From Octopus bimaculoides (lineage: Eukaryota): a DNA stretch of 64,000 nt. Where the stretch lies: contig NC_068991.1 in assembly GCF_001194135.2 (NCBI RefSeq), forward strand, positions 60,552,233 to 60,616,232, written 5' to 3'. Below, piece after piece: positions 1 to 10,999 of the stretch. Each line of letters begins with the position of its first letter. Within the stretch, counting starts at the first letter, position 1. The position numbers and the translations under genes are program-made. A model generated the notes under the pieces. It saw only the letters and a list, made by a program, of their open reading frames with translations, was not told the DNA's origin and did no database searches.

Positions 1-360
1 ATTTAAGCTAAGGCTCCAGCTTCAGGACTCCTTCCTCTCTCTCCCTCCCATCAATCTCAGAGGCCCTAGAAAGAGTCAAGGGTACTGCTCCTTCCTCCTG
101 AATAAGCAATAAAAGAAATACATAATGTCAGGTCACTACTTTCTGCTCTGATATCCAAGAATTGTTTCTACAATGACTACAATATAAATATTTTACTGAC
201 TCCATTTCTCTTGAATTAACCAAGACTGATCACTGAGTTCAATTTTAACAGTCAGGTTAACTAAATATGTTTCAGTTCTATATTTAAAAGATGATGAATT
301 ATGTACATTATTTAGTTTATTTACATTTGACGGATATCTGTCCACATCTTCTTTATTGTT

Positions 361-406
361 AACACAACATTTCAGTTGATATACCCTCCAGCCTTCATCA
401 GGTGTC
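361..406 (-). ncRNA. Minimal type I hammerhead ribozyme motif (degenerate copy 1)
   Basis: Minus strand reads GACAC-CTGATGA-A-GGCTG-GAGGGTATAT-CAACT-GAAA-TGTT-GTGTT. Core and stem I are intact; stem II has a mismatch and a wobble. Confidence 0.65.
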
Positions 407-766
407 TTGGGGAAATTTCGAATCTGGGTTCTCATTCCCAAGGTATTTTTCGATGTTGTTGTTATTATTATTATTATTCAGGTCACTGCCTGGAATCGAA
501 CTCGGAATCTTAGGGTTAGTAGCCCACGCTCGCTCTTAACCACTACGCCATAAGCCTGTGGGCATATGGCATAGTGGGATGAAGTTAAAATAAGACAGAG
601 AACACTACTGGAAAATACGAAAACTAAAAGAAGCAGCACATATGCTAGGACACAACCGCCTAAGCAGACCAAGTGCAGATATGAACAGCATATGGGAACC
701 AGTATTAAGGAAGGATAGGAGAATATTAGATTTATAAGCCCTAAAATTCACTCCATAATTGCCCAA

Positions 767-841
767 GGGCATATGCCATAGTGGTTAAGAGTACGGGCTA
801 CTAACCCCAAGATTCCGAGTTCGATTCCAAGCAGTGACCTG
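767..841 (+). promoter_or_regulatory. tRNA-like domain with Pol III A and B boxes inside the pseudo-LTR (mirror copy ~478-557, minus)
   Basis: A-box-like TGGCGTAGTGG (intact in minus copy; TGCCATAGTGG here), anticodon-like arm GGG-CTACTAA-CCC, B box GAGTTCGATTCC. Confidence 0.65.
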
Positions 842-925
842 AATAATAATAATAATAATAATAATGATAATAACAACATCAAAAAATACCTTAGGAATGA
901 GAACCCAGGTTCGAAATTTCCCCAA

Positions 926-971
926 GACACCTGATGAAGGCTAGAGGGTATATCAGCCAAAACATTGTGTT
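926..971 (+). ncRNA. Minimal type I hammerhead ribozyme motif (degenerate copy 2)
   Basis: GACAC-CTGATGA-A-GGCTA-GAGGGTATAT-CAGCC-AAAA-CATT-GTGTT. GAAA->AAAA and CG->CA are explicable by CpG decay. Confidence 0.65.
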
Positions 972-1643
972 AACAACAAACAAGATGAGGACAGATATCA
1001 GTCAAATGTAAATAATATAAATATGTTTCATTTAGATTTCTTGTCAAATCATTTGAATACATCTGGATTTTAATAAGCTCCTAAAAGCACATATATCTTC
1101 ATTTTTTTTTTTGTTTATGAAAAAAAGTCTTAACACAACCTTTTGTCTGTCTTTCTTTTTACATCAACAAGAAGGTTCTGGCTCTTTCTTAAAAAAAAAA
1201 TCTTTTTTTGAATGTTTTCTTTAATAAGAGCTGAGGAAGAGACTTTCTCCAATGACTCACTGAGACTGGAAGATTTATAAGAGACAATCAAACTAAGTTT
1301 GGGACCTTGCAAAATCATTGGAGGAATACAATTTTAATGGGGAGCTGTTTCATTTAAGCAACATTAGAAAATGAATAATTTAGTTTGCAAAAACATCAAC
1401 ATGAAATCATCTAACATGGGGGGAGGTCAACAAAGAAGGCATCACACTGAAATAATAAACTATAAAATGAAAGTATAAATCAGTCAGTGTGATTGTCAAA
1501 TGGATTACATACTAACACGCACATAATTGTGCTGTGATTAATTGCTTTAAATGTTGCCAGTTGATATTTATGGCTGGTATTGCACTGTGATCTTCTGTAG
1601 GACATTATTTTATGTTATAGTATAGTATACTAGGACATTATTT

Positions 1644-2202
1644 GGATCTTTTTTAAAACGGGGGCCACATTTTTCATTAACGAAACACTTTGAAACTTGG
1701 AACACTGGTAGAATGTGTCATATAAAACATCTTTTTCTCTTAGTCTTCTTAAAAAAAAAAGAAATCCATAAATTATTCCATGTTAAAGTTGTATTTCTGT
1801 AATTTCAACCAATCACTGACGTCCATTCAGCCGATATACATTAAGTGCCGACTACATAAACAAACGCTTCTGAAACAATTAACCCTAACCCTAACCCCAC
1901 GGTTAGGGTTAAAGCAAATTTAAAATGAAAAAAGCAAATAAAACGAAGGTATGGAGATTAAATACGCTTTACATCGCTTAATGAGCCAAAGGAGTAAATG
2001 TAAACAACTGAATACTTGTCAGTGATTGGTTGAAATTATCGAAATAAGACAATTTTTTACATGAAATAAATTCGAATACAAAAATATTTTTCTGTTCTAT
2101 AACACAAAATAGATAAGTATACGAAGTTTGAAGGTCTTTCGGTACCAAAAACACTACGTAAAACATTAATGAAAAATGTGGCCCCCGTTTTAAAAAAGAT
2201 CT
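1644..2202. mobile_element. MITE, perfect 36-bp TIRs, 8-bp TSD, telomere-repeat core (Merlin-like)
   Basis: TIR GATCTTTTTTAAAACGGGGGCCACATTTTTCATTAA at 1645-1680 and its reverse complement at 2166-2201. TSD CATTATTT at 1636-1643 and 2203-2210. Internal inverted segment ~1798-1821/2017-2040. (TAACCC)3 at 1880-1897. Confidence 0.8.
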
Positions 2203-2235
2203 CATTATTTTATGTTATAGTATATAAGGTATGGA

Positions 2236-2531
2236 AATAATAAGCACATGTTCTGGTTCTATTTCACTACTTTTATTATTATTAGTTAGTTGATTATTTG
2301 ATTAATCATTCATTCAATTAATCAGCTAGACTTGTTAAAAGTCTTTTCATCACCTTTCATCTGCTTCCAAACCTGGGGTAGAGACAGTATATCATTGATG
2401 AGGCTGCAAATGACAAACTGAGCTGATTGATTGATTGACCGAATAATTAATCAAACAATCAATTAGTTAGTTGGTTAATTATTAACGAATAATAAATAAG
2501 TGAAATTGAACTAGTGCACGTGTTTATTATT
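2236..2531. repeat. Imperfect palindrome / old MITE-like element
   Basis: ATAATAAGCACATGTTCTGGTTCTATTTCACT...AATCAGCT pairs imperfectly with AGCTGATTG...AGTGAAATTGAACTAGTGCACGTGTTTATTAT. No clear TSD. Confidence 0.55.
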
Positions 2532-2998
2532 AGGCCTAACAATTTTTCCAACAAAATCTGTTTCAACGTAAGTCCATGTCAAGTACCTTGCAAACAGTAT
2601 ACAAAAACTGAAATATTTTCCTTTAGTTATCCAGAAAATAAGTGTACCTTGTGACACCAACATCTTTTACCAAGTATGTATCACCCTTTTACATTAAAAG
2701 TCCAAACCAATATAAGTCTCTTGTACAGACATTAGATCTAATTGTTGATACCAAATCCCTTTTTTCTTCTAACTCATTTGAACGCAAACTTTCTCAAAAG
2801 TTAAACTTGCATATCCAAATGATAGTTAACTCATTCCTCTTAATCAACATCCACTACCACACATCATACTTCCATTTGATAATTTATAAATCAAGAGATC
2901 TCACTAGAAAAAATATCTAAGAAACATATCACAAAAGAGAGAGAGAGAGAAAAAAAACTGGAAGAACTTCACTGTTTATAAGATATAAAGTTACTCAC

Positions 2999-3451
2999 AC
3001 AGCAGGTTTTGAAGTATTTCCTGTAGTCAGTGGACCTTTTTCCACTTCTTTAACAGAAGAAGATACTTGGGAAGAGTTCTCAGCATTTTCAGCCTCCAAA
3101 ATATTTGCAGTGAGGGTCCCTTCAATAGCCTGATCGGGTTGTTTCTCTAAGTCTTTAACTGGGGCTACAACAGGAGTAGACAGCTCAGCCACCTGATTTC
3201 CAGGTGCTGCATTAATACTCTGGTCAGCAGCTACTACAGTACTAGATGTTGTACCACCACTGCTACACTGGTCAGTTGCAACAGAAACTGCAGCCTCACT
3301 ATTCGGGTCAGATGGCGCATTACCAGGTGCTGCTGTTGGAATGTGTTTCATTGAGTCCATTGAGCCATGTAGACGAGGTGCAACAGAACCACGCAAACCA
3401 GTTTTTGGTCGAAGAGAAAATGCAGATTGTTGCTGAATGGGTTTAGTGTTA
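2999..3451 (-). CDS. BDP1: BDP1-like, coding exon 2 (phase 2-2, low-complexity N-terminal region); gene continues past left edge
   Basis: Polypyrimidine acceptor ttctttatttcttcag, donor gtgagt, 453 nt open, phase matches upstream exon. Identity rests on exon 1. Confidence 0.65.
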
Positions 3452-3516
3452 CTGAAGAAATAAAGAAAAAACATTTCTTTTTAGCAAAATTTTGAAGAGC
3501 ATTAAAGGAAAAACTA

Positions 3517-3662
3517 CCGTATTTTAACATGTATAAGGAATCCCCTAATTTGGAAAAAAGATTTTGTAACAGATTATAATACTATCCATGTATAAGAAAC
3601 TCCCATATTTTTTCAACCTAATGTTTGACAAAAAAGGGTTCCTTATACACATTAAAATATGG
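3517..3662. mobile_element. Tc1/mariner-pogo type MITE
   Basis: TIRs CCGTATTTTAACATGTATAAGGAATCCC / GGGTTCCTTATACACATTAAAATATGG flanked by TA on both sides. Confidence 0.75.
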
Positions 3663-3724
3663 TAAATCAGAGTAAACTTTCAATTGTTGAAGTAATTTTA
3701 ATTCATATCACTTACCGTTTACAC

Positions 3725-4059
3725 CAGGGGTTCTTAAACCATTTTTTACTTATGGACCCTTTGATTCCTATTTCCCTTGGGTGGACCCTCATAGTCATTC
3801 CATGTTTTAAAAAATCCATCCTTTGGTATTTTTATACTTAAATATTATTAGGACTTGTGTAAAAATTGTTAAAATATTTTGTGTATGGATGTATAACCAA
3901 TTTATTACTCATAAACTTTACTGGTCTGAAGCACAGCTTTTTTATGGCCCCTGAAAAATTACCGTGGACTCTCAATTTACTATATTGCATCTGTAGACCC
4001 CCAAAAATCATAGATGGACCTAGTGGGGAGGGCATACAAACCCTGGCTAAGTAACCCTG
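3725..4059. mobile_element. hAT (Charlie-like) MITE
   Basis: Termini CAGGGGTTCTTAAACC / GGCTAAGTAACCCTG; 8-bp flanks GTTTACAC / GTTTGCAT (6/8). Confidence 0.7.
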
Positions 4060-4254
4060 GTTTGCATCATTATTTTTGTAAAACACTTGCTGCCTTCCAT
4101 GTCAAGGATTTGGTCAAGTTCTCTTGATATTCCACTAAACACAGAGCAGACCATTTTACTATCTAGGTGTAGGTGTGGCTGTTTTGCTAAGAAGCTCACT
4201 TTACAACCACTGGGTTTCAGGTTCAGCACAACACTTTGGACATGTGTTCTACAG

Positions 4255-4497
4255 CAGTGGTTCCCAAGGGGGCAATGGGATAGCGATTCATGTAAAATGT
4301 TGGGCTATAATGGGGTAGCAATTCATGTAAAAGCAACACAATAATGGGTTCATTAAGTTTTATTTGTGAAATGCAGTTGCTTTGAATTTGCTTCAGAAAC
4401 AGGTCTATGTTTGTGATTGTTAGTTGGGGGTGGTGGTGCTAGGAATGTGAGGTTGGTGTCAAAGGGACGGCAGCCTGAAAAAGTTTGGGAACCACTG
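4255..4497. mobile_element. hAT (Charlie-like) MITE nested in a SINE
   Basis: TIRs CAGTGGTTCCCAA / TTGGGAACCACTG; perfect 8-bp TSD TTCTACAG (4247-4254, 4498-4505). The host SINE sequence resumes after it. Confidence 0.85.
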
Positions 4498-4571
4498 TTC
4501 TACAGTAATCCTAGGCCAATCAATGCCTTCTGAGTGAATTTCATAGACAGAAACTGTGTGGAAGCCTGTCA

Positions 4572-4609
<38 letters not shown>

Positions 4610-4959
4610 TGCGTTTGTACCACACTACTGCTTGACAGTGTTGGTTTGTTCAAGCACTCGTAACTTAGCAGTTCAATAAAAACGACTGATAGAAAAAGTA
4701 CCAGTCTTTAAAAAAATAAGTATTGGGGTTGATGTGTTCATCTAAACCCTTCAAGGCTAAAAGAAGACATTTTAAAGCTTTTGGTTCACTAATACTTGAT
4801 TTTCAACTGCAATAAGGTATTTTCAGCAGGTAGAAGTTCCTTGAACATCCTCTCATCACCACAAATCTCCAGTATAATGTTGTCACTTACTTCAGTACAA
4901 TATATTCTGGGTTTACAAAATGCGTGGTTTTTAAACCCAAGCTGAATTCCTTTTCAACT

Positions 4960-5870
4960 GTCAGAGTACTGAAGTGACTGGGCAAAGTTTAGAGAGCTAC
5001 TATCTTTGTTAGCAACAAAGGGCCTCTCACTCAGAGTGAACGGCAGATTGTATGATGCCTGTATACAAACAGCCTTGCTACAGGGCAGTGAGACATGGGC
5101 TGTGATTACTGAGGACATGCAAAGGCTTAAAAGACATGAAGTCAGCATGCCCCGCTGGACTGGTAATGTCTGGGGCAAATGAAAGCAAAATCATGATGGC
5201 ACCTGTGCCCAGCATTGCCTTCCTGGCACGTGTAAAGACATTCGAGTGAGATCGTTGCCAGTGCCGCTGGACTGGCTCCTGTGCAGGTGGCACGTAAAAT
5301 ACACCATTTCGAGCGTGGCTGTTGCCAGTACTTCCTGACTGGCCTTCATGTCGGTGGCACATAAAAGCACCCACTACACTCTTGGAGTGGTTGGCATTAG
5401 GAAGGACATCCAGCTGTAGAAACTCTGCCAAATCAGATTGGAGCCTGGTGTAGCCATCTGGTNNNNNNNNNNAACTCTGCCAAATCAGATTGGAGCCTGG
5501 TGTAGCCATCTGGTTCACCAGTCCTCAGTCAAATCGTCCAACCCATGCTAGCATGGAAAGCGGGCGTTAAACGATGATGATGACAGAGTGTAAGTGATTT
5601 GAGAGTAAAACTGGGTACATGAGACATCAGATGTAGTGTGCAAGAGAGAAGACTATGCTGGTATGGTCAAATGATGCATATAGAGGAGGACAGCTGCATA
5701 AAGAAGTGCCTATCTCTAATAGTGGAGGACATGTGTGAAAGAGGTAGGCCCAGGAAGACATAGGATGAAGTGGTGAGAAGGGATCTTCAGATGTTGGGCC
5801 TCACAGAAGAGATGGCAAGAGACCAAGCTTCTGATGGTTTGCTGTGCTTGAGAAGACATCAAGCTAAGTA
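4960..5870. mobile_element. Cluster of RTE-type LINE fragments and 3' tail
   Basis: Minus post-RT fragment (~4960-5150), plus 3' tail ending (GAT)n (~5190-5585), plus C-terminal fragment with RL.WYG...RGRPRKT motif (~5585-5870). Confidence 0.7.
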
Positions 5871-6514
5871 AAATTATGTCTGTCCATGCATACAGGCATG
5901 TCCTCTACGTCCCTCTCTCAGCCAAGATATCCTAGTCTTGAAAGCTCATGGGTGCTGGTGCCACGTAAAAGTGTCCATACAGGTGCTATGTAAAAGCGCC
6001 AGTGCATACTGGAGTTTCAATACAGCTCGTTTCTCTTTAGTCTCACTTTAAGATGAATCCTAATATCAGTTCCAAGTACCCTTTATACTTTTTCTCTGCT
6101 GGAGAGATGGATAGATAGCTGGACAACAAACACTGGAGTTGTTTCTCCTGCTTACAATTTCTTGACAGCACTATAGGCCAGATACTGTGAATGACTTTAT
6201 GCCAGTCATTTGTGTAGGTCCTTTCTGTATGAGGTCTGTATCATAGCTTTGCACCAAACTACAGTTTTTATTGAAATTCAACATTCTAAATTCTGTTGTT
6301 CATGCTGGTGCATGCTGGATGCGTTTACTAACATCTTGGTTTTATGTTATCTCCACAGTGAGGGCTGAATTTCTAACATCTTACCCAACTACATATCAAG
6401 AATTCTATGATTTGCATATATTTAGACAATCTAATCTCAGGTCTATTGGATCAAAGCTGACTCGAGGGGTGGAGAATCAACAAGAGAAATAACTAGAGCA
6501 ACAAACAATCATAC

Positions 6515-6681
6515 CTTTGTTTATCTGTATCAGATGGTCCAGAACTTGACTCTTGAAGAGTGGAATGTTCTCCTGGAATTTCATTTGAAGTTTTATTTGT
6601 TCCATTTCGGTTTGGATCCCGTTTTGAGATTCCTGGAACAATCTTTGGTTTTATCTGTATTTTGGCACGTCTGGCAGTCAT
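6515..6681 (-). CDS. BDP1: BDP1-like (TFIIIB B'' subunit) first coding exon
   Basis: MTARRAKIQIKPKIVPG resembles the BDP1 N-terminus (human MFRRARLSVKPNVRPG, recalled). Acceptor ttgtag 3 nt before ATG, donor AG|gtatga, phase 2. The diagnostic SANT/Myb domain lies outside the window. Confidence 0.7.
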
Positions 6682-7370
6682 TGTCTACAACAAATAACAA
6701 CAATAATAATAACAATGGTTTCAAATTTTAGCACAAGACCAGCAATTTCAGGGGAGGGGGTAAGTCAATTACAGTGACCCCAGTGCTCAATTGGTATTTA
6801 CTTCATCAACCCCAAAAGGATAAAGGGCAAAGTCAAACTCAGCAAAATTTGAACTTGTAACAGAAAGATGGACAAAATGCCACTGACAACTGATTCTAAC
6901 AGAGGTATAAGGTCTGAAACGGGTCAGTATTATTGACTGTTCTACTTCTGCCAAAGTACTTGGCTAGTTTTTGATTTTATCAAGACTAGAGAGATGAATG
7001 GTAAAGATGATTTCAGCAGGATTTGAATTCGGAACAACAAGAGCAGGTACAAATTTCACAAAGTATTTAAATTTGATGCTCTTACAATTTTACAAATCCA
7101 TCACCCTAACAACAACAACAATTGTTCTGTTCTTTTACTTTTAAGGTGGCAAGTTCACAGAAACATTAGCACGCCGGATGAAATGCTTAGCGGTATTTTG
7201 TCTGTCTTTACATACAGAGTTCAAATTCTACCAGGGTCGACTTTGCCTTTCATCCTTTCGGGGTTCATAAATTAAGTACCAGTTGCATACTGGGGTTGAT
7301 CTAATTGACTGGCCCCCTCCCACAAAATTTCTGGCCTTGTGCCTAGAGTAGAAAAGAATTGTTCTTTTAG

Positions 7371-7684
7371 TTTTTACTTGTTTCAGTTATTAGACTGTGG
7401 CCATGCTGGAGCACCACCTTGACGAATGTGTATAGTTGAATGAATTGACCCTAGTACATATATTTTTAAGACTGGTACTTAGTCTACCAATATCTTTTGC
7501 CGAACCTCTAAGTTACGGGGACGAAAACAAACCAACACCGGTTGTCAAGCGGTGGCAGAAGGGAGGAAGCAGACACAAAGACACACCAAATCCACTCACA
7601 AGGTTTGCTCAAGGTGCCACACAATGGGGCTGAACCCGGAACCATGTGGTTGAGAAGCAAGCTTCTTACCACACAGCCACGCCT
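7371..7684 (-). mobile_element. tRNA-derived SINE, family A (head GGCGTAGGAGTGGCTGTGTGGTAAG)
   Basis: Reverse complement of the copies at 33396, 43772 and 45050. Confidence 0.75.
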
Positions 7685-7958
7685 ATGCCTGTTGTTTATA
7701 GTTTTGTTATGTGTTCTATAACCTCTACATGTTCTTGACCATTGCCATCACTGAGGATTGATCTTTGTGAGGAAGAACTCTGACCACTGTAATCTTTGCT
7801 ACATGCCATCCAATGTAGAGGGTTATCAACAAGGTGGAAAAATCGGGAATAAGTTACAAGAATAGCCAATCAAGCTAAAGAAAATGGACTAAAAGGAAGC
7901 TATCCACGAAAACTCACCCCACCCCCACCCATTCGATTACAATGTAAATCGAGTGTCC

Positions 7959-8051
7959 GGCAGACGTAAAGAATACGCACACCACCCGTTTTCGACGTAA
8001 CCCTAACCCTAACCCCTTACACACCGGGTGTGCGTATTCTTTATCTTCGCC
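7959..8051. mobile_element. 93-bp MITE, 25-bp TIRs, perfect 8-bp TSD, telomere-repeat core (Merlin-like)
   Basis: TIRs GGCAGACGTAAAGAATACGCACACC vs GGCGAAGATAAAGAATACGCACACC (21/25). TSD GAGTGTCC at 7951-7958 and 8052-8059. (TAACCC)3 at 7998-8015. Confidence 0.85.
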
Positions 8052-9543
8052 GAGTGTCCCAGTAATGATCTACATCCGTGATCCCTGGAGGAATAAATAT
8101 CTTATCACTGTAACTATTATCACTAGGATGATGAAATAATAGCCGAAACGGTAGAATACTATAATAAATGCATTGCGGCATTTAGTTAAGTCCTTTTAAG
8201 TCAGAGTTCAAAGCACAATAAAGTCGAATACTGTCAAGTCTCCTGAAACGCTACTGTATTTGTATTCAGCATGCGGAACACATCCATGAGGTATTTCTGT
8301 CAGCCATACAGTAGAGTCTACTTAGCTTTCTATTCTTCGGGGTGGGGTGGGAGTATAAAATAAAAATAGGTACCAGTAAAAGAACTGTTGATTTAATCGA
8401 TTCTACACTTCCCCTGTCGCCAAATGTTAGGGTCTTCTACCAATATTAAAAACCCTTATATATTGTTTTTACTTTCGCCACCACTTAATTAAAAAAAAAA
8501 AAACTTACAAAGATCTTTTACTTCAATAGCCAAATATATTCTAAAACAGTATCACAGAATTCAGCTTCCACTCCCTGAACATATGCAGAAATGTCATAAA
8601 TTCTGGTCTTCGTTTATTATTCCTATAGAAAAGACAGTGTAAAACGGGCCGAAGTGTAATAGTGGTACCTATTTTAATGAACTTTCTGAGCAAATGAAAA
8701 TTTGTCCAACCTATAAAACTTTGGCTGAGAGCATTAACTTAAGACATAAACCAATGTCCCTTTCTCACTATCAGACAACTAATTAGAATATTTACAATAA
8801 AGTCTACGTCAAATGGACTGTTTGAGTCACGTTAGAGTAGTGGAAAATGTACTTAGAAGTATTTATCTCCAAGTGAACCAGTAAATGGGAGAATATTAAA
8901 ACTAGTTAAGAAAGAAAAAGAAAACACAAGCAAATGATTTAGTAATAAAACGTTGATAACTTTAAAATGGTTTGGCGAGTTAAATTCATGGAGATAGGAC
9001 GAGCGAAAATAACCATTTAGAATGCCGACGTGACATAATTATCTAAAAAAAAAAAAAAAATGAATATAAGTAATTTTAAAAATCAATCTTATTGAAGATT
9101 ACCTAAAGGTACTATATGGATATAATAAATGAGTACCTCTTTATTTTGCGGTATATACTATCGTTTTAAAATTATTATCTAAAGAATGATATATATGGGA
9201 TTAATAGCTATTTCGTTATCGGTGTGTACACACGACACGGTGAAGCATGAATGGTCATAGAAAACGGCTTATGAAAATTATTTAATAAAAGCAATACCAG
9301 TCAGTCAGAAATAATAATTATCTTGAACGATACGTAACATAACAACAAAAACGTTTTACCTTAATAATTCAGAATAGTTATGAGTAGTATTTGCAATAAT
9401 TAATTTGAATTTAAATATCTATGAGTAAGACGTGTAAATAAAGAAATAATTTAAGTCTTTAAAGAAGACAACACACGCATTGACACATGCACGTATCGTG
9501 GAATTAGATGAACTACAAGGAATTGCCGGAAATTATTAAATAC

Positions 9544-9720
9544 CTTCAATTATTGTATTAAATATTGATGTAGTAAAATAAATACAAAGTCAATATTCCA
9601 TGTACGCGTGTTCCGTTTATGTCGAGGCAACCCTCTAATCACATATATGCTGCCATCTTGATTACTGAAGCACATATATCTTCGTTAGCGGAATAGACGG
9701 TGTTACAATAAATTAATTCA
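9544..9720 (-). promoter_or_regulatory. Candidate BDP1 promoter / non-coding first exon
   Basis: CpG-retaining zone, YY1-like CAAGATGGCAGC (9649-9660, minus), donor GAAG|gtattt at 9543. Alternative donors exist (7917, ~9359), so this is uncertain. Confidence 0.3.
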
Positions 9721-10999
9721 CCAATAAAATAAGAACATTTTTATTATAAACTTTCAGGACGTTGGTTCGGCAGAAACGGCAGAGTCGCCGATAAATTAAA
9801 TTAACAGTATTTAGTTTCAACACTTTGCGTTTTGAATTCAAACACTGTCCGGGATTAATTCAGTTTTTCGATTTTCAAGGACTAATATATTAAGAACCTG
9901 TCAAATGTTCACGAGAACCCCGTCGTTGGAGCTGTAAAGTGAAGGACAAAATGCTTTGCAAATTTTAGTTACATCCTTTTATATTTTATCTGAGTTCAAA
10001 TCCCACCAGGATTGGCTTCATGTTTTTTTATCCTTTCGACATTGATTTAATAGGTAAGAGTTATGAACTGGACCTATACAGTTGACTACATTTGTCCCCA
10101 ACAAAATGTGTTTGCCTAATACCTGTCATCATTATCTTTTGGTGATTCTAGTCGAGGGAAACTACCCAACTCCTCCTTACGTTCCTACATTATGGTATGC
10201 ATTTCATATGCAGAATTTCAAGCTGGTCAAGGCTTACAAGGGACAAATGATGACGCTAGTTCAACTTTTGCTTTAAAATAATGCTTAGCAAATTGAGGTG
10301 TGCATAACCTAACTATTTGTGAGATGAATAGTAACATTAGTATAAATTTGTTTAAATGCTGAATGTATTTTAGCGAAAGATCTGCATGCAAGATCATCAT
10401 CATCATCATCAATATTTAACACCATTTTCCATGCTGGCATGGGTTGGACGCCTTGAGAGTAACTGATAAGGCCTGAAGTCACACCAAATTCCATAGTTTG
10501 TTTTAGTTTGGTTTGTCCCCTAAAAATATTACCCATTCAGCCGAGTTTCAAAATAGGAATGAAAATGCCATGGAGATGGGAAGAGGGGTAAAATATAAAA
10601 TACTGAAATATTTAAAAAGAATTTTTCAAAATCGTAATTATCGTTGTATGAAACATAGGAATAATAATAAATTACTTGACCCTTTCCTTGCCCATGCAGN
10701 NNNNNNNNNNNNNNNNNNNNNNNNNNNNNNNNNNNNNNNNNNNNNNNNNNNNNNNNNNNNNNNNNNNNNNNNNNNNNNNNNNNNNNNNNNNNNNNNNNNN
10801 NNNNNNNNNNNNNNNNNNNNNNNNNNNNNNNNNNNNNNNNNNNNNNNNNNNNNNNNNNNNNNNNNNNNNNNNNNNNNNNNNNNNNNNNNNNNNNNNNNNN
10901 TATATATATATATATATATATATCCTCATCATCATCCTCATTTAAAGTCTATGTATCCCATACATACATACATACATACAAGACAGTAAGGTGATTGTT

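Larger units (their letters stand above)
300..1025 (+). mobile_element. 5'-truncated Penelope-like retroelement: inverted pseudo-LTR (~300-577), GIY-YIG endonuclease C-terminal remnant (575-737), forward pseudo-LTR (~749-1025)
   Basis: ~300-577 is the reverse complement of ~749-1025. The spacer translates WDEVKI[frameshift]DREHYWKIRKLKEAAHMLGHNRLSRPSADMNSIWEPVLRKDRRILDL* (stop 735-737), resembling the C-terminus of Penelope GIY-YIG domains (recalled pattern W..VKI.DRE..W..RK.KEA.HI....LNR......W.P.L). Each repeat carries a hammerhead core. Confidence 0.8.

Noticed and set aside
8-97. Possible minus-strand exon EEGAVPLTLSRASEIDGREREEGVLKLEP*
   Set aside because: Good acceptor, but phase 0 is incompatible with the phase-2 upstream exon, it would stop BDP1 before its conserved domain, and no homology was recognised.
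767-841. Possible functional tRNA gene (anticodon ACT)
   Set aside because: Acceptor and T stems pair poorly and it is embedded in a repeat; treated as tRNA-derived.
1130-1259. Phase-2 candidate BDP1 exon ending in a stop
   Set aside because: Long A/T homopolymers, no homology, premature stop; more likely intron.
5421-5514. 42-bp exact duplication around a 10-N gap
   Set aside because: Typical unmerged contig overlap (assembly artefact).
8115-8165. GATGATGA...CCGAAACGGTA hammerhead-like string
   Set aside because: Core lacks CU, and stems I and II cannot be formed.
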